From Desulfuromonadales bacterium (GTDB taxonomy: Bacteria; Desulfobacterota; Desulfuromonadia; Desulfuromonadales; SZUA-540): a DNA stretch of 64,000 nt. The DNA lies in NCBI GenBank assembly GCA_033549025.1, contig JAWSUS010000005.1:32001-96000 (forward strand), read 5' to 3'. Position numbers and translations under genes: made by a program. The notes under the pieces were generated by a model. It was not told the DNA's origin. It searched no databases and saw only the letters and a list, made by a program, of their open reading frames with translations. Of the stretch, positions 39,728-48,761 are shown one piece after another. Within the stretch, counting starts at the first letter, position 1; every line of letters begins with the position of its first letter.

Positions 39728-40227
39728 AGCAGCAGATTGTTGTCAGCGGCATCGGCGGTCAGGGGGTTCTCTTCCTTACCCGCGTTATTGCCCAGGTGGC
39801 CGTCGATCGGGGGCTGCCCGTGCTGACGGCCGAGACCCACGGCATGGCCCAGCGCGGCGGCACCGTGCTGTCCACCATCAAGGTCGGCCCCTTCGCCAGC
39901 CCGTTGATCCGTGCCGGTCAGGCCGATGTCGCCCTGCTGTTGCGGGAAGACAATCTGCCGGTGCATAAACCTCTCCTCAAGGCGGAGGCGGCTTTGTTCA
40001 TCAATGCCGCCGGGGCCGGGGAGGGGCTGCGCCTTGACGCGGACGGCCTGGCGCGGGAGTTGGGCAACGCCGTCCTCTCCAACCTGGTGTTGCTCGGCCT
40101 GGCGGTGCGCCAGGGAATGCTGTTCTGCAGCGCCGCCGAGTGTGAGGCCGCTATCCGCACCCTGGCCCCGCCGCAGTTCGTCGAGCAGAATCTGGCCGCT
40201 TTTCAGCGGGGGCTGAACGCTTCCTAA
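39724..40227 (+). CDS. iorB: indolepyruvate:ferredoxin oxidoreductase beta subunit
   Basis: GIGGQG, ETHGMAQRGG, NLAAF. Confidence 0.9.
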   Translation: MKQQIVVSGIGGQGVLFLTRVIAQVAVDRGLPVLTAETHGMAQRGGTVLSTIKVGPFASPLIRAGQADVALLLREDNLPVHKPLLKAEAALFINAAGAGEGLRLDADGLARELGNAVLSNLVLLGLAVRQGMLFCSAAECEAAIRTLAPPQFVEQNLAAFQRGLNAS

Positions 40228-40236
40228 GGGCAGACC

Positions 40237-41235
40237 ATGACCTTCCGACAGAGACTCGTCTATTTTGTCGTTTTGCACCGTACCGGCCTGTGGGTGGGCG
40301 CCCTGACGCTGGCTCTGGGCCTTTACCCTCTGCTGGAGAAGAATCCCTACACCCTCGGTCTGACCAACCTCATCGCCATCTACGCCATCGTCGTGCTCGG
40401 GCTCAACCTGTTTATCGGCTATGCCGGCCAGATTTCCCTCGGCCATGCCGCCTTTTTCGGTCTCGGCGCTTACGGTTCGGCCATCGGCACCGTCACTTTC
40501 GGGCTGCCAGCCTGGCCCACCCTGGTGGGGGTGGCGGCGCTGGTGGCGCTGGTCGCCCTGCTGGTAGGGGTGCCGGCCCTGCGCCTCTCCGGCCATTACC
40601 TGGCCATGGCCACCCTCGGCTGCAATATCGTCGTGCACACCGTCCTCCTGCAGTGGGACGGGGTCACGGGCGGGCCGAGCGGCTTTCCCGGCGTGGCGCC
40701 GCTGGCCATCGGTCCCCTGGTGTTCGACGACGAGGTGCGTTTCCATTACCTGGTCTGGAGCTTCACCCTGGTCGCCCTGCTGCTGTCCCTCAATCTGGTG
40801 CGCAGCGGGGTCGGCCGAGGGCTGGCCGCCCTGGCCGGCGAAGAGACGGCCGCCGCCGCCCTGGGGGTCGACACCCGTCGCGCCAAGGTCAAGGTCTTCG
40901 TGCTGTCGGCGGTCTTTGCCTCGGTGGCCGGCAGCCTCTTTGCCCACTGCTACGGCTTCGTCAGCCCCGACTCCTTCGGGATCTTCACCTCCACCGACAT
41001 GGTGATCATGGTGGTGGTAGGCGGCATGGGTTCCATCTGGGGCTCCCTTTTCGGGGCCGGCCTCATCACCCTGCTGCCCGAATGGATCGCCGCCCTGGAA
41101 ACCTACAAGGATTTCGTGCACGGGGCCGTACTCATCCTGGTGCTCATGTTCTTCCCCCAGGGTCTGGTCACGGGAGTCATCGACCAGATCCGTGTCCGGC
41201 TGGCTTTGCGGAGGCGTCACGATGCTGCGGCTTGA
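40237..41235 (+). CDS. livM: branched-chain amino acid-type ABC permease
   Basis: GYAGQISLGHAAFFGLGAY, LRLSGHYLAMATL, TGGPSG. Confidence 0.9.
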   Translation: MTFRQRLVYFVVLHRTGLWVGALTLALGLYPLLEKNPYTLGLTNLIAIYAIVVLGLNLFIGYAGQISLGHAAFFGLGAYGSAIGTVTFGLPAWPTLVGVAALVALVALLVGVPALRLSGHYLAMATLGCNIVVHTVLLQWDGVTGGPSGFPGVAPLAIGPLVFDDEVRFHYLVWSFTLVALLLSLNLVRSGVGRGLAALAGEETAAAALGVDTRRAKVKVFVLSAVFASVAGSLFAHCYGFVSPDSFGIFTSTDMVIMVVVGGMGSIWGSLFGAGLITLLPEWIAALETYKDFVHGAVLILVLMFFPQGLVTGVIDQIRVRLALRRRHDAAA

Positions 41236-41986
41236 GGGCGTGAGCAAGCGCTTCGGGGGGCTGCCGGCCCTTGATGATGTCTCCTTCGGGGTCACGGCCG
41301 GACAGGTGACGGCCCTGATCGGGCCCAACGGGGCCGGCAAGAGTACTCTGATCAACGTCATCACCGGCGTGCTGCCGCCGAGCAGCGGCGCCATCGCCTT
41401 CGGCGGTCGGCCTATCGCCGGACTGCCGGCCCACGAGGTGGCCCGCCTCGGCATCGCCCGTACCTTTCAGAATCTCAAGATCTTTCCCCGGCTCTCCGTG
41501 CTCGACAACGTCCTGTGCGGTCTGACCTGCGAAGCCGGGCGTTCCCTGCTCATGGCCATGTTGCGTCTGCCCTATCTGCGCCACCGGGAACGGCGCCTGC
41601 GTCTGCGGGCTCTGGAGGCTCTTGACCGCTTCGCCCTGGCTGATAAAGCGCATTGGCCCGCCGGGGTGCTAGCCTACGGCGACAAGAAGCGGGTGGAACT
41701 GGCGCGGGCCAGCGTCAGCGAGCCGCTGCTGCTGTTGCTGGACGAACCGGTGGCCGGCCTCAATGCTGACGAGACAGCCGCCGTTGCCGAGCAGCTGCGC
41801 CGCCTGCGCCTCGCCGGCCACACCCTGTTGCTGGTGGAGCACGACATGGACCTGGTCATGGGCGTGGCCGACCAGGTGGTGGTGCTCGACAGCGGCCGCT
41901 GTATCGCGCAGGGGACACCGGCGGAGATCCGCCGCAATCCCCTCGTTCTTGAAGCCTATCTGGGGCGCATGGAGGCGACCGCCTGA
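41222..41986 (+). CDS. livG: ABC transporter ATPase
   Basis: GPNGAGKS, ARTFQ, LDEPVAG, EHDM. Confidence 0.9.
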   Translation: MLRLEGVSKRFGGLPALDDVSFGVTAGQVTALIGPNGAGKSTLINVITGVLPPSSGAIAFGGRPIAGLPAHEVARLGIARTFQNLKIFPRLSVLDNVLCGLTCEAGRSLLMAMLRLPYLRHRERRLRLRALEALDRFALADKAHWPAGVLAYGDKKRVELARASVSEPLLLLLDEPVAGLNADETAAVAEQLRRLRLAGHTLLLVEHDMDLVMGVADQVVVLDSGRCIAQGTPAEIRRNPLVLEAYLGRMEATA

Positions 41987-44076
41987 TGCTGACAGTCACC
42001 AACCTCACCGCTCATTACGGGGCCGCCCAGGCCCTCTTCGGCGTCAGCTTCGAGGTGCGTGCCGGCGAGACGGTGGCCCTGGTCGGGGCCAACGGCGCCG
42101 GCAAGAGTACCCTGCTCAAGTGTCTGATGGGACTGGTCAAGCCGACGGCCGGGAGCATCCTTCTCGATGGTCGCGATTTGACCGGCAGCGCTCCGGCCCG
42201 CATGGTCGGGCAGGGACTCGCCCTCTCGCCGGAAGGACGGGAGGTGTTCGCCCAGCTGTCGGTGCACGAAAATCTGCAGCTCGGCGCCCTGGCTCTGCGC
42301 CTGGCCAAGAAGGAGGAGTCGGCGCGCCTGGAGGAAGTCTATGAGCGCTTTCCCAAGCTCCGGCAGCGCCAGACGCAGCTGGCCGGCACCCTCTCCGGCG
42401 GTGAACAGCAGATGCTCGCCATGGGACGGGCTCTTATGGCCAAGCCGCGCCTGCTGCTCCTCGACGAGCCGAGTCTGGGGCTGGCCCCTCTCATCACCGA
42501 CGAGATCTTCGCCATCATTCATCAGCTCGGCCGGGCCGGCACCACCATACTGCTGGTGGAGCAGAACGCCGCCCGCGCCCTTTCCGCCTCCGACAGTGCC
42601 TATCTGCTGGCCAACGGCCGCATCGTCGAGCAGGGGGAAAGCTCCCGTCTTCTCACCGATCCGGCGCTCCGTTCGGCCTTTTTGGGCGCCGCCAGTCAGG
42701 ACAACCCCGCTGCCAGTCGTCTCGGCGCTGCCGGGTTGACCAATATCCGCCTGGAGAAACCCGCTATGCACCAGAAGAATTTCATGCCCGCCTTTGAAAA
42801 CGAAGCCCAGCTCAAGGATCACCAGCTCAAAGGGCTGCAGTGGACCGTGCGCCACGCCTACGAAGGATCGAGCTTTTACCGGCAGCGGCTGGATGAGGCC
42901 GGCGTCAGCCCCGACAGCATCCGCAGCTTGGACGATGTACGCCGCCTCCCCTTTACCACCGCCGACGATCTGCGCGACGGCTATCCCTTCCCCCTGCGCG
43001 CCGTGCCCTTCGAGCAGATTGTGCGCGTGCATGCCAGTTCGGGCACCACGGGCAAGCGCAAGGTGCTCTGTTATACGCAGAAGGATCTCGACGACTGGAC
43101 CGACTTCTTTGCCCGCGCCTACCAGATGGCCGGCGTCACCCCCCTCGATCGCGTGCAGATTGCCGTCGGCTATGGGGTGTGGACGGCCGGCATGGGCTTT
43201 CAGCTCGGCTGCGAAAAGATCGGCGCCCTCGCCGTGCCCGTCGGGCCGGGCAATATCGATCTGCAGATCCAGTTTCTTATCGATTTCCAGTCCACCGTCT
43301 TCTGCTCCACCGCCTCCATGGCCCTGCTGATGGCCGAAGAGATTCACAAGCGGGGGGTGGCCGACAAAATCGCCGTCCGGAAGATCATCTACGGCTCCGA
43401 GCGCTCCAGTCGCTCCATGCGTCAGAAAATCTCCGAGCTCTTTGGTGGGGCCGAACTCTTTGATATTACCGGGCTCACCGAACTCTACGGCCCCGGTACC
43501 GGCATCGAGTGCAGCGAGCACGACTGCATCCACTACTGGGGGGATTACTACCTGCTGGAGATCGTCGATCCCGACACCCTGCAACCCCTCCCTGACGGCG
43601 AGTGGGGGGAAATGGTCCTCACCAGCCTGTGCAAGGAGGCGTCGCCCCTCATCCGCTATCGCACCCGCGACATCACCCGCATTATTCCCGGTGCCTGTAC
43701 CTGCGGTTCGGTGCTCCCCCGTCATTCCCGCATCAAGGGGCGCAGCGATGACACCATCAAGTTTCGCGGCGTCAACATCTATCCGTCGAGCATCGATACC
43801 ATCCTCTCCGCCGTGCCCGGGCTCGGCTCCGAATATCAGATTCATCTGACCCGTGAAGAAGCGTCCGGGCGGGACAGCATGCGCCTGCTTATCGAGCGCG
43901 CCCAGGGGGTCGGCGCCGAGCGCAGCGCTGAACTCATCCACGAGGCCATCCACCAGATCAAGAAGCAGCTCATGGTCTCCGCCGACCTGGAGTTGGTCGA
44001 TTACGGCAGCCTGCCCCGCTCTGAGGGCAAAAGCAAACGCGTCTTTGATACGCGGATTCAGGATGAAATCGTCTGA
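41986..44076 (+). CDS. fusion of LivF ABC ATPase and phenylacetate--CoA ligase (PaaK); possible internal start at 42766
   Basis: aa 1-235 LivF (GANGAGKS, LSGGEQQM, DEPSLGLAP); aa 261-696 PaaK (HASSGTTGK, GLTELYGPG, RYRTRD, GRSDD); no stop between them. Confidence 0.85.
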   Translation: MLTVTNLTAHYGAAQALFGVSFEVRAGETVALVGANGAGKSTLLKCLMGLVKPTAGSILLDGRDLTGSAPARMVGQGLALSPEGREVFAQLSVHENLQLGALALRLAKKEESARLEEVYERFPKLRQRQTQLAGTLSGGEQQMLAMGRALMAKPRLLLLDEPSLGLAPLITDEIFAIIHQLGRAGTTILLVEQNAARALSASDSAYLLANGRIVEQGESSRLLTDPALRSAFLGAASQDNPAASRLGAAGLTNIRLEKPAMHQKNFMPAFENEAQLKDHQLKGLQWTVRHAYEGSSFYRQRLDEAGVSPDSIRSLDDVRRLPFTTADDLRDGYPFPLRAVPFEQIVRVHASSGTTGKRKVLCYTQKDLDDWTDFFARAYQMAGVTPLDRVQIAVGYGVWTAGMGFQLGCEKIGALAVPVGPGNIDLQIQFLIDFQSTVFCSTASMALLMAEEIHKRGVADKIAVRKIIYGSERSSRSMRQKISELFGGAELFDITGLTELYGPGTGIECSEHDCIHYWGDYYLLEIVDPDTLQPLPDGEWGEMVLTSLCKEASPLIRYRTRDITRIIPGACTCGSVLPRHSRIKGRSDDTIKFRGVNIYPSSIDTILSAVPGLGSEYQIHLTREEASGRDSMRLLIERAQGVGAERSAELIHEAIHQIKKQLMVSADLELVDYGSLPRSEGKSKRVFDTRIQDEIV

Positions 44077-44112
44077 ACCGGGTAAGGGGCTTTTTACAGG
44101 AGGAGGTACACT

Positions 44113-45267
44113 ATGAAACGCGTGTTGGGATTTTTCAGTCTGCTGGTGCTGCTGGCCAGTCCGGCGCTGGCCGCAGAGCCGATCACCATCGGCGCTTTCT
44201 TCGATCTGTCCGGGCGGGCGTCCTTTATCGGCACCCCGACCAAGCTGGTGGCCGAAATGGTCGTCGACAAGATCAATCAGGAGGGGGGCATCAACGGCCG
44301 CCCTCTGGCGCTGGAGATCGGCGACACGGAAGCCAATCCCGCCAAGGCGGCCAATATCGCCAAAAAGTTCATCTACAAGGACAAGGTGGCGGCGATTATC
44401 GGTCCCACCCTCACCGATACGGGAATGAACGTCAAAAAGATCGCCCATGACGGCCGCGTGCCTATCGTCATGACGGTCGGCGGCGATCCGGTCATCATGG
44501 GGGGCGACAAGTTCGGCCCCTTCGACTGGATCTTCAAGTCCCCGCAGCGCTCCCGGACCGCCGTCGAACGGCTGCTCGTCTATCTGCAGGAAAAGGGCCT
44601 GACCCGCGTGGCCCTGCTGATCGCCTCCGATGGTTTCGGCAAGGACGGCGCCGGCTGGATGCACCAGCTCGCCGCCCAGTACGGTGTCGAGATCATGCTG
44701 GAAGAGTCTTTCGGCCCCCGCGACACCGATATGACCGCCCAGCTGACCCGGGCCAAGAACGCCAAGCCCCAGGCCATCATCTGCTGGACCACCGGCCCCG
44801 CCGGCGCCATCGTCGCCAAGAACAAAGCGCAACTCGGCATCGACCTGCCCCTGTTCCAGTGTCACGGCCTGCCCGACCCCAAGTACATCGAACTGGCCGG
44901 AGCCGCTGCCGAGGGGGACCGCATGCCGGCCACCAAGCTGATGGTGGTGGATGAGCTCGATGACAGCGATCCGCAGAAAGCGGTCATCCAGGAATTCATC
45001 CGCCTATACAAGGAGAAAGGCTACGACAAACAGTTCCCCATCAACACCCATTCGGGCTACGCCTGGGATGCCATCATGATCCTGGCCAATGCCATGAAGA
45101 AGGTCGGCACCGAGCCGGCAGCGCTTCGCAAAGCCATTGAAGAGACCACAGGCTATGTCGGCGTCTCCGGGATCTACAATCTGACCGCCGAGGATCATAA
45201 CGGCCTCGGCGTTGATTCCATGGTGATGGTCGAGGTCAGAGAGGGTCGCTTCGTCCTGGCTCGCTAG
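44113..45267 (+). CDS. livK: LivK-type periplasmic substrate-binding protein
   Basis: Signal peptide, GGINGR, PBP type 1 pattern, AGGAGGAGG RBS. Confidence 0.85.
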   Translation: MKRVLGFFSLLVLLASPALAAEPITIGAFFDLSGRASFIGTPTKLVAEMVVDKINQEGGINGRPLALEIGDTEANPAKAANIAKKFIYKDKVAAIIGPTLTDTGMNVKKIAHDGRVPIVMTVGGDPVIMGGDKFGPFDWIFKSPQRSRTAVERLLVYLQEKGLTRVALLIASDGFGKDGAGWMHQLAAQYGVEIMLEESFGPRDTDMTAQLTRAKNAKPQAIICWTTGPAGAIVAKNKAQLGIDLPLFQCHGLPDPKYIELAGAAAEGDRMPATKLMVVDELDDSDPQKAVIQEFIRLYKEKGYDKQFPINTHSGYAWDAIMILANAMKKVGTEPAALRKAIEETTGYVGVSGIYNLTAEDHNGLGVDSMVMVEVREGRFVLAR

Positions 45268-45293
45268 ACTGGCTCTCGTTTCAGCTCTTCAGC

Positions 45294-45328
45294 CGGCCCC
45301 GGTCTTTTCGTCCGGGGCCGTATTTTTT
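45294..45328 (+). terminator. terminator of the liv/ior/paaK operon
   Basis: CGGCCCCGG..CCGGGGCCG-TATTTTTT. Confidence 0.8.
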
Positions 45329-45342
45329 GGAGGGGATAAAAT

Positions 45343-45428
45343 AAAAAAGGCGCACCGGCCAGGAGAGAGGCCGATGCGCAAAAGGAAGGAGGGTTGTGTC
45401 GATTGGCCAAGTGTGAACCTGACCAATT
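45343..45428 (-). ncRNA. candidate small regulatory RNA (~86 nt) with anti-SD tracts
   Basis: Own promoter, 10-bp 5' hairpin, CCCUCCUUCCUUUU linker, 11-bp terminator stem plus U6, no ORF. Confidence 0.65.
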
Positions 45429-45434
45429 GGGTAA

Positions 45435-45463
45435 ACAATACCAAGACGATAGGAAAAGGTCAA
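45435..45463 (-). promoter_or_regulatory. sigma70 promoter of the candidate sRNA
   Basis: TTGACC-N17-TATTGT on the minus strand. Confidence 0.65.
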
Positions 45464-45539
45464 TACAAAATTCAGTTTTTTGGTGGGAAAATTTATGCAC
45501 CGGTAGACCGGGGGGGTTGTAGCCTGCGCGTTTACGGGG

Positions 45540-45568
45540 TTGCAGGGGGTGGGGTTTAACGGTAGAAT
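45540..45568 (+). promoter_or_regulatory. sigma70 promoter of serB
   Basis: TTGCAG-N17-TAGAAT. Confidence 0.55.
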
Positions 45569-45610
45569 ACCGGCGTTTTTCAGGACAGATGAAAGGGGTT
45601 GTTTATCATT

Positions 45611-46807
45611 ATGGATCGTAAGATGGTTCTTGTTACCATGACCGGGCCGGACAAGCCGGGCATCGTCGCCGCAGTGACCGGCAATATCGCCGCCGCCGGG
45701 GCGCGCATCCGCGACATCGAGCAGACGGTGACCCATACGCTGCTTTCCTTTTCGGTGCTCATCGATTTTCCCACGGGCGAGAGCGACCAGAAACCCCTGA
45801 TCAAGGATCTCCTTTTCCTGGCCAAGGAGCTTGGGCAGGATCTCGATTTCCAGGTGCTGTCCGAATCGGAGTACCGGCGTAAAACGACCAAGCACGCCTA
45901 TGTGGTGACCATTCTGGGTGGTGAGGTGAGCGCTACCTCGCTGGCGCGGGTGTCGCGCATCCTGGCCGACAACCGGGTCAATATCGAGCGTATCTCCAAG
46001 CTGACGCAGGGACAGCTGCGCTGCGTCGAGTTTCTCATCACCACGCCGCCGGAGCTGGATGTCAAGGCCATGACCCGCAAGCTGCTGCGCGTCGGCGCCA
46101 GCCTCGGCGTCGACATCGCCATGCAGAAGGAGAGCCTCTACCGCCGGGCCAAGCGCCTGGTGGTGATGGACATGGATTCCACTCTCATCCAGATCGAGGT
46201 CATCGACGAGTTGGCCCGCCTGGCCGGAGTCGGGGAGCAGGTGGCGGATATCACCCTGCGAGCCATGAACGGCGAACTTGACTTTCAGGGGGCGCTGCGG
46301 GAGCGGGTGGCCCTACTGCAGGGGCTGTCGGTCGACGCGCTTGAGGAGGTCTACCGCCATATCCCCTTCACGCCCGGGGCCAAGAACCTGGTGCGCATTC
46401 TCAAGCGGCTCGGCTTCCGCACGGCAGTCATCTCGGGTGGCTTCAAGTTTTTCACCGATCGCCTCAAGACCGAACTGGGCCTGGATTACGCCTACGCCAA
46501 CGACCTGGAGATCGCCGACGGCAAGGTGACCGGTGCGGTCAAGGGGGAGATCGTCGACGGGGCCCGCAAGGCCCAGTTGTTGGAGGAAATTGCCTGTCAG
46601 GAAGGGATTACCCTCGACCAGGTGGTGGCCATCGGCGACGGCGCCAACGATCTGCCCATGCTGGGCAAGGCCGGGCTGGGTATCGCTTTCAACGCCAAGG
46701 CCCGGGTGCGGGAGCAGGCCGATTACCATATCAACCAGCAGAGTCTCGACTCCATTCTCTATCTGCTCGGCTTCTCCGAGCGGGAGATGGCCGAGATCGA
46801 CCAATGA
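45611..46807 (+). CDS. serB: phosphoserine phosphatase with ACT domains
   Basis: GPDKPGI ACT, DMDSTL, SGGF, GDGAND. Confidence 0.95.
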   Translation: MDRKMVLVTMTGPDKPGIVAAVTGNIAAAGARIRDIEQTVTHTLLSFSVLIDFPTGESDQKPLIKDLLFLAKELGQDLDFQVLSESEYRRKTTKHAYVVTILGGEVSATSLARVSRILADNRVNIERISKLTQGQLRCVEFLITTPPELDVKAMTRKLLRVGASLGVDIAMQKESLYRRAKRLVVMDMDSTLIQIEVIDELARLAGVGEQVADITLRAMNGELDFQGALRERVALLQGLSVDALEEVYRHIPFTPGAKNLVRILKRLGFRTAVISGGFKFFTDRLKTELGLDYAYANDLEIADGKVTGAVKGEIVDGARKAQLLEEIACQEGITLDQVVAIGDGANDLPMLGKAGLGIAFNAKARVREQADYHINQQSLDSILYLLGFSEREMAEIDQ

Positions 46808-47499
46808 AGCTGCCCCAGCCCCTCCTGGAGGGGCGCCTGCTGCGGCGCTATCAGCGCTTCCTCACCGATGTCGAGCTGGCCGACGGCCGCGTGGTGACGG
46901 CCCACACTCCCAATACCGGTAGCATGAAGCAGTGCGCCGTGCCGGGACACCGCGTGTTGGTCTCCATCTCGGACAACCCGAAGCGAAAACTCCCCTATAC
47001 CCTGGAGCTGATCGAAGTCAACGGCCACTGGGTCGATACCCACACCCACCGCACCAACCGGGTGGTCGAGGAAGGCCTGCGCCAGGGGGCCATTGCTCCG
47101 CTGACGGGCTACCAAGTGAGAGCGGAGTTCCCTTTCGGCGCCAGTCGCCTCGATTTTATGCTGGAAAATGAGCGGGAAAAAGTGCTGGTGGAGGTGAAAA
47201 ACGTGACCCTCTGCTGCGCGCCCACCGTCGCCTGCTTTCCCGACGCCGTGACGACGCGGGGGCAGAAACACCTGCGTGAACTGATGGCGGCCCGCCAGCA
47301 GGGCTATCGCACGGTCATTTTCTTCCTCGTCCAGCGCGGCGAAGCCGAAGCCTTTACCCCCGCCGACGCCATCGATCCTGACTACGGCCGTCTGCTGCGG
47401 CAGGCCGCCGCCTGCGGCGTCGAAGTCATGGCCTATCGCAGCCTGGTGACGCCCACGGAAAACCGTGTCGGCCCGCCTCTTTCCGTCCTCCTCGGGTAA
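46804..47499 (+). CDS. sfsA: DNA/RNA nuclease SfsA
   Basis: RRYQRF, HTPNTGSM, EVKNVT, FPDAVTTRGQKHL. Confidence 0.95.
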   Translation: MKLPQPLLEGRLLRRYQRFLTDVELADGRVVTAHTPNTGSMKQCAVPGHRVLVSISDNPKRKLPYTLELIEVNGHWVDTHTHRTNRVVEEGLRQGAIAPLTGYQVRAEFPFGASRLDFMLENEREKVLVEVKNVTLCCAPTVACFPDAVTTRGQKHLRELMAARQQGYRTVIFFLVQRGEAEAFTPADAIDPDYGRLLRQAAACGVEVMAYRSLVTPTENRVGPPLSVLLG

Positions 47500-47506
47500 A
47501 CCCGCC

Positions 47507-48757
47507 ATGCGCGCCGTCGGCCTGATCACCGAATACAACCCCTTTCACAACGGACACCTCCATCACCTGCGTCAGAGCCTGGCCCTTAGCGGGGCCGAGG
47601 TGGCCGTGGCGGTCATGAGCGGGCATTTCCTCCAGCGAGGCGAGCCGGCCCTGGTGGATAAATGGGTGCGGGCCCAGATGGCTCTGCAGGCGGGTGTCGA
47701 TCTGGTTCTGGAGCTCCCTTTCCCCTGGGCCTGCAACAGCGCTCCGGTTTTCGCCCAGGGCGCCGTTCAGGCTCTGAATGCCCTCGGCGCCGTCGAGGCT
47801 CTCTGTTTTGGCAGCGAGTCGGGGGATGTGCAGGCACTGCAGGAGTGCGCCCGGTGGCTGGAGGCGAACGACGAGGTCGTGGCCCGCCGAACCGGTGCGC
47901 TGTTGCGGCAGGGGTGCAATTACCCGACAGCCCGCGCGCGCCTGGCGCAGGAGCTGGCGCCGGACGCCTCATTTGGTCATCTGCTCGCCTCGCCCAACAA
48001 CATCCTCGGTCTCGAGTATCTCCGGGCCCTGCGCCGAACGGCCAGTACACTGCGCCGCTTGACCATTCCCCGCCTCGGCGCCGGCTATCATGATGAGGAG
48101 GCCGTGGGGGATGTGGCAAGCGCCACGGGCATCCGCCGCAAAATTGCCGCCGGCGAGGACGTTACCCCCTTCATTCCCTTCTCCGCCTTACCCCCCTTGC
48201 AGCAGGCCCTGGCCGAGGGGCGCTGTCTGGATGAGGCGCATCTGCATCGCCTGCTGCTAAGTCGCATCTTCAGGGGGGCGGAATCGCTCCAAGGGATCTA
48301 CCTGGTTGAAGCCGGTATCGAGCCGCGTCTGCTCGAGGCGGCCGAGTGCAGCGACTTCTACGAGGCTCTGGTGGATGCCGTCAAGTCACGGCACCTGACC
48401 CGCACCCGTGTCCAGCGCCTGCTCGCCTATGTGCTCAACGAGGTGCATGCCGATGACATGGCGGCCTTTCTGGCATGCGGGCCGCTCTATCTGCATGTCC
48501 TCGCCTTTACGGCCAAGGGGCGCGCCTTTCTGGCCGCCAGCCGCAAAAAACGGACCTTGCCCCTGATACAGAATTACTCACGGATACAGTCGATACTCAA
48601 ACGGACTTACGGGGCAGGGAACGAGACCCTGCGGCTGGCGCAGCGTCTGCTGGAGCTGGAGGTGCGCGCCGGCCGCAACTACACCCTGCTGCAGCGGCAG
48701 TGGCCCGGCGGGCCCCGCAGCGGCGACTACTATCGGGAAGTCATAAGGGAAAAATAA
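47507..48757 (+). CDS. tmcAL: tRNA(Met) cytidine acetate ligase-like HIGH nucleotidyltransferase (YlbM family)
   Basis: EYNPFHNGH, MSGHFLQRGEPA, FGSESG, PNNILGLEY, SATGIR, TRTRVQR. Confidence 0.85.
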   Translation: MRAVGLITEYNPFHNGHLHHLRQSLALSGAEVAVAVMSGHFLQRGEPALVDKWVRAQMALQAGVDLVLELPFPWACNSAPVFAQGAVQALNALGAVEALCFGSESGDVQALQECARWLEANDEVVARRTGALLRQGCNYPTARARLAQELAPDASFGHLLASPNNILGLEYLRALRRTASTLRRLTIPRLGAGYHDEEAVGDVASATGIRRKIAAGEDVTPFIPFSALPPLQQALAEGRCLDEAHLHRLLLSRIFRGAESLQGIYLVEAGIEPRLLEAAECSDFYEALVDAVKSRHLTRTRVQRLLAYVLNEVHADDMAAFLACGPLYLHVLAFTAKGRAFLAASRKKRTLPLIQNYSRIQSILKRTYGAGNETLRLAQRLLELEVRAGRNYTLLQRQWPGGPRSGDYYREVIREK

Positions 48758-48761
48758 GGGC

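Noticed and set aside
41956..44865. 969-aa minus-strand ORF and other long antisense ORFs (e.g. 8564-10486, 6049-7929, 39649-41454)
   Set aside because: Shadow frames of well-supported genes in GC-rich DNA with no recognisable motifs
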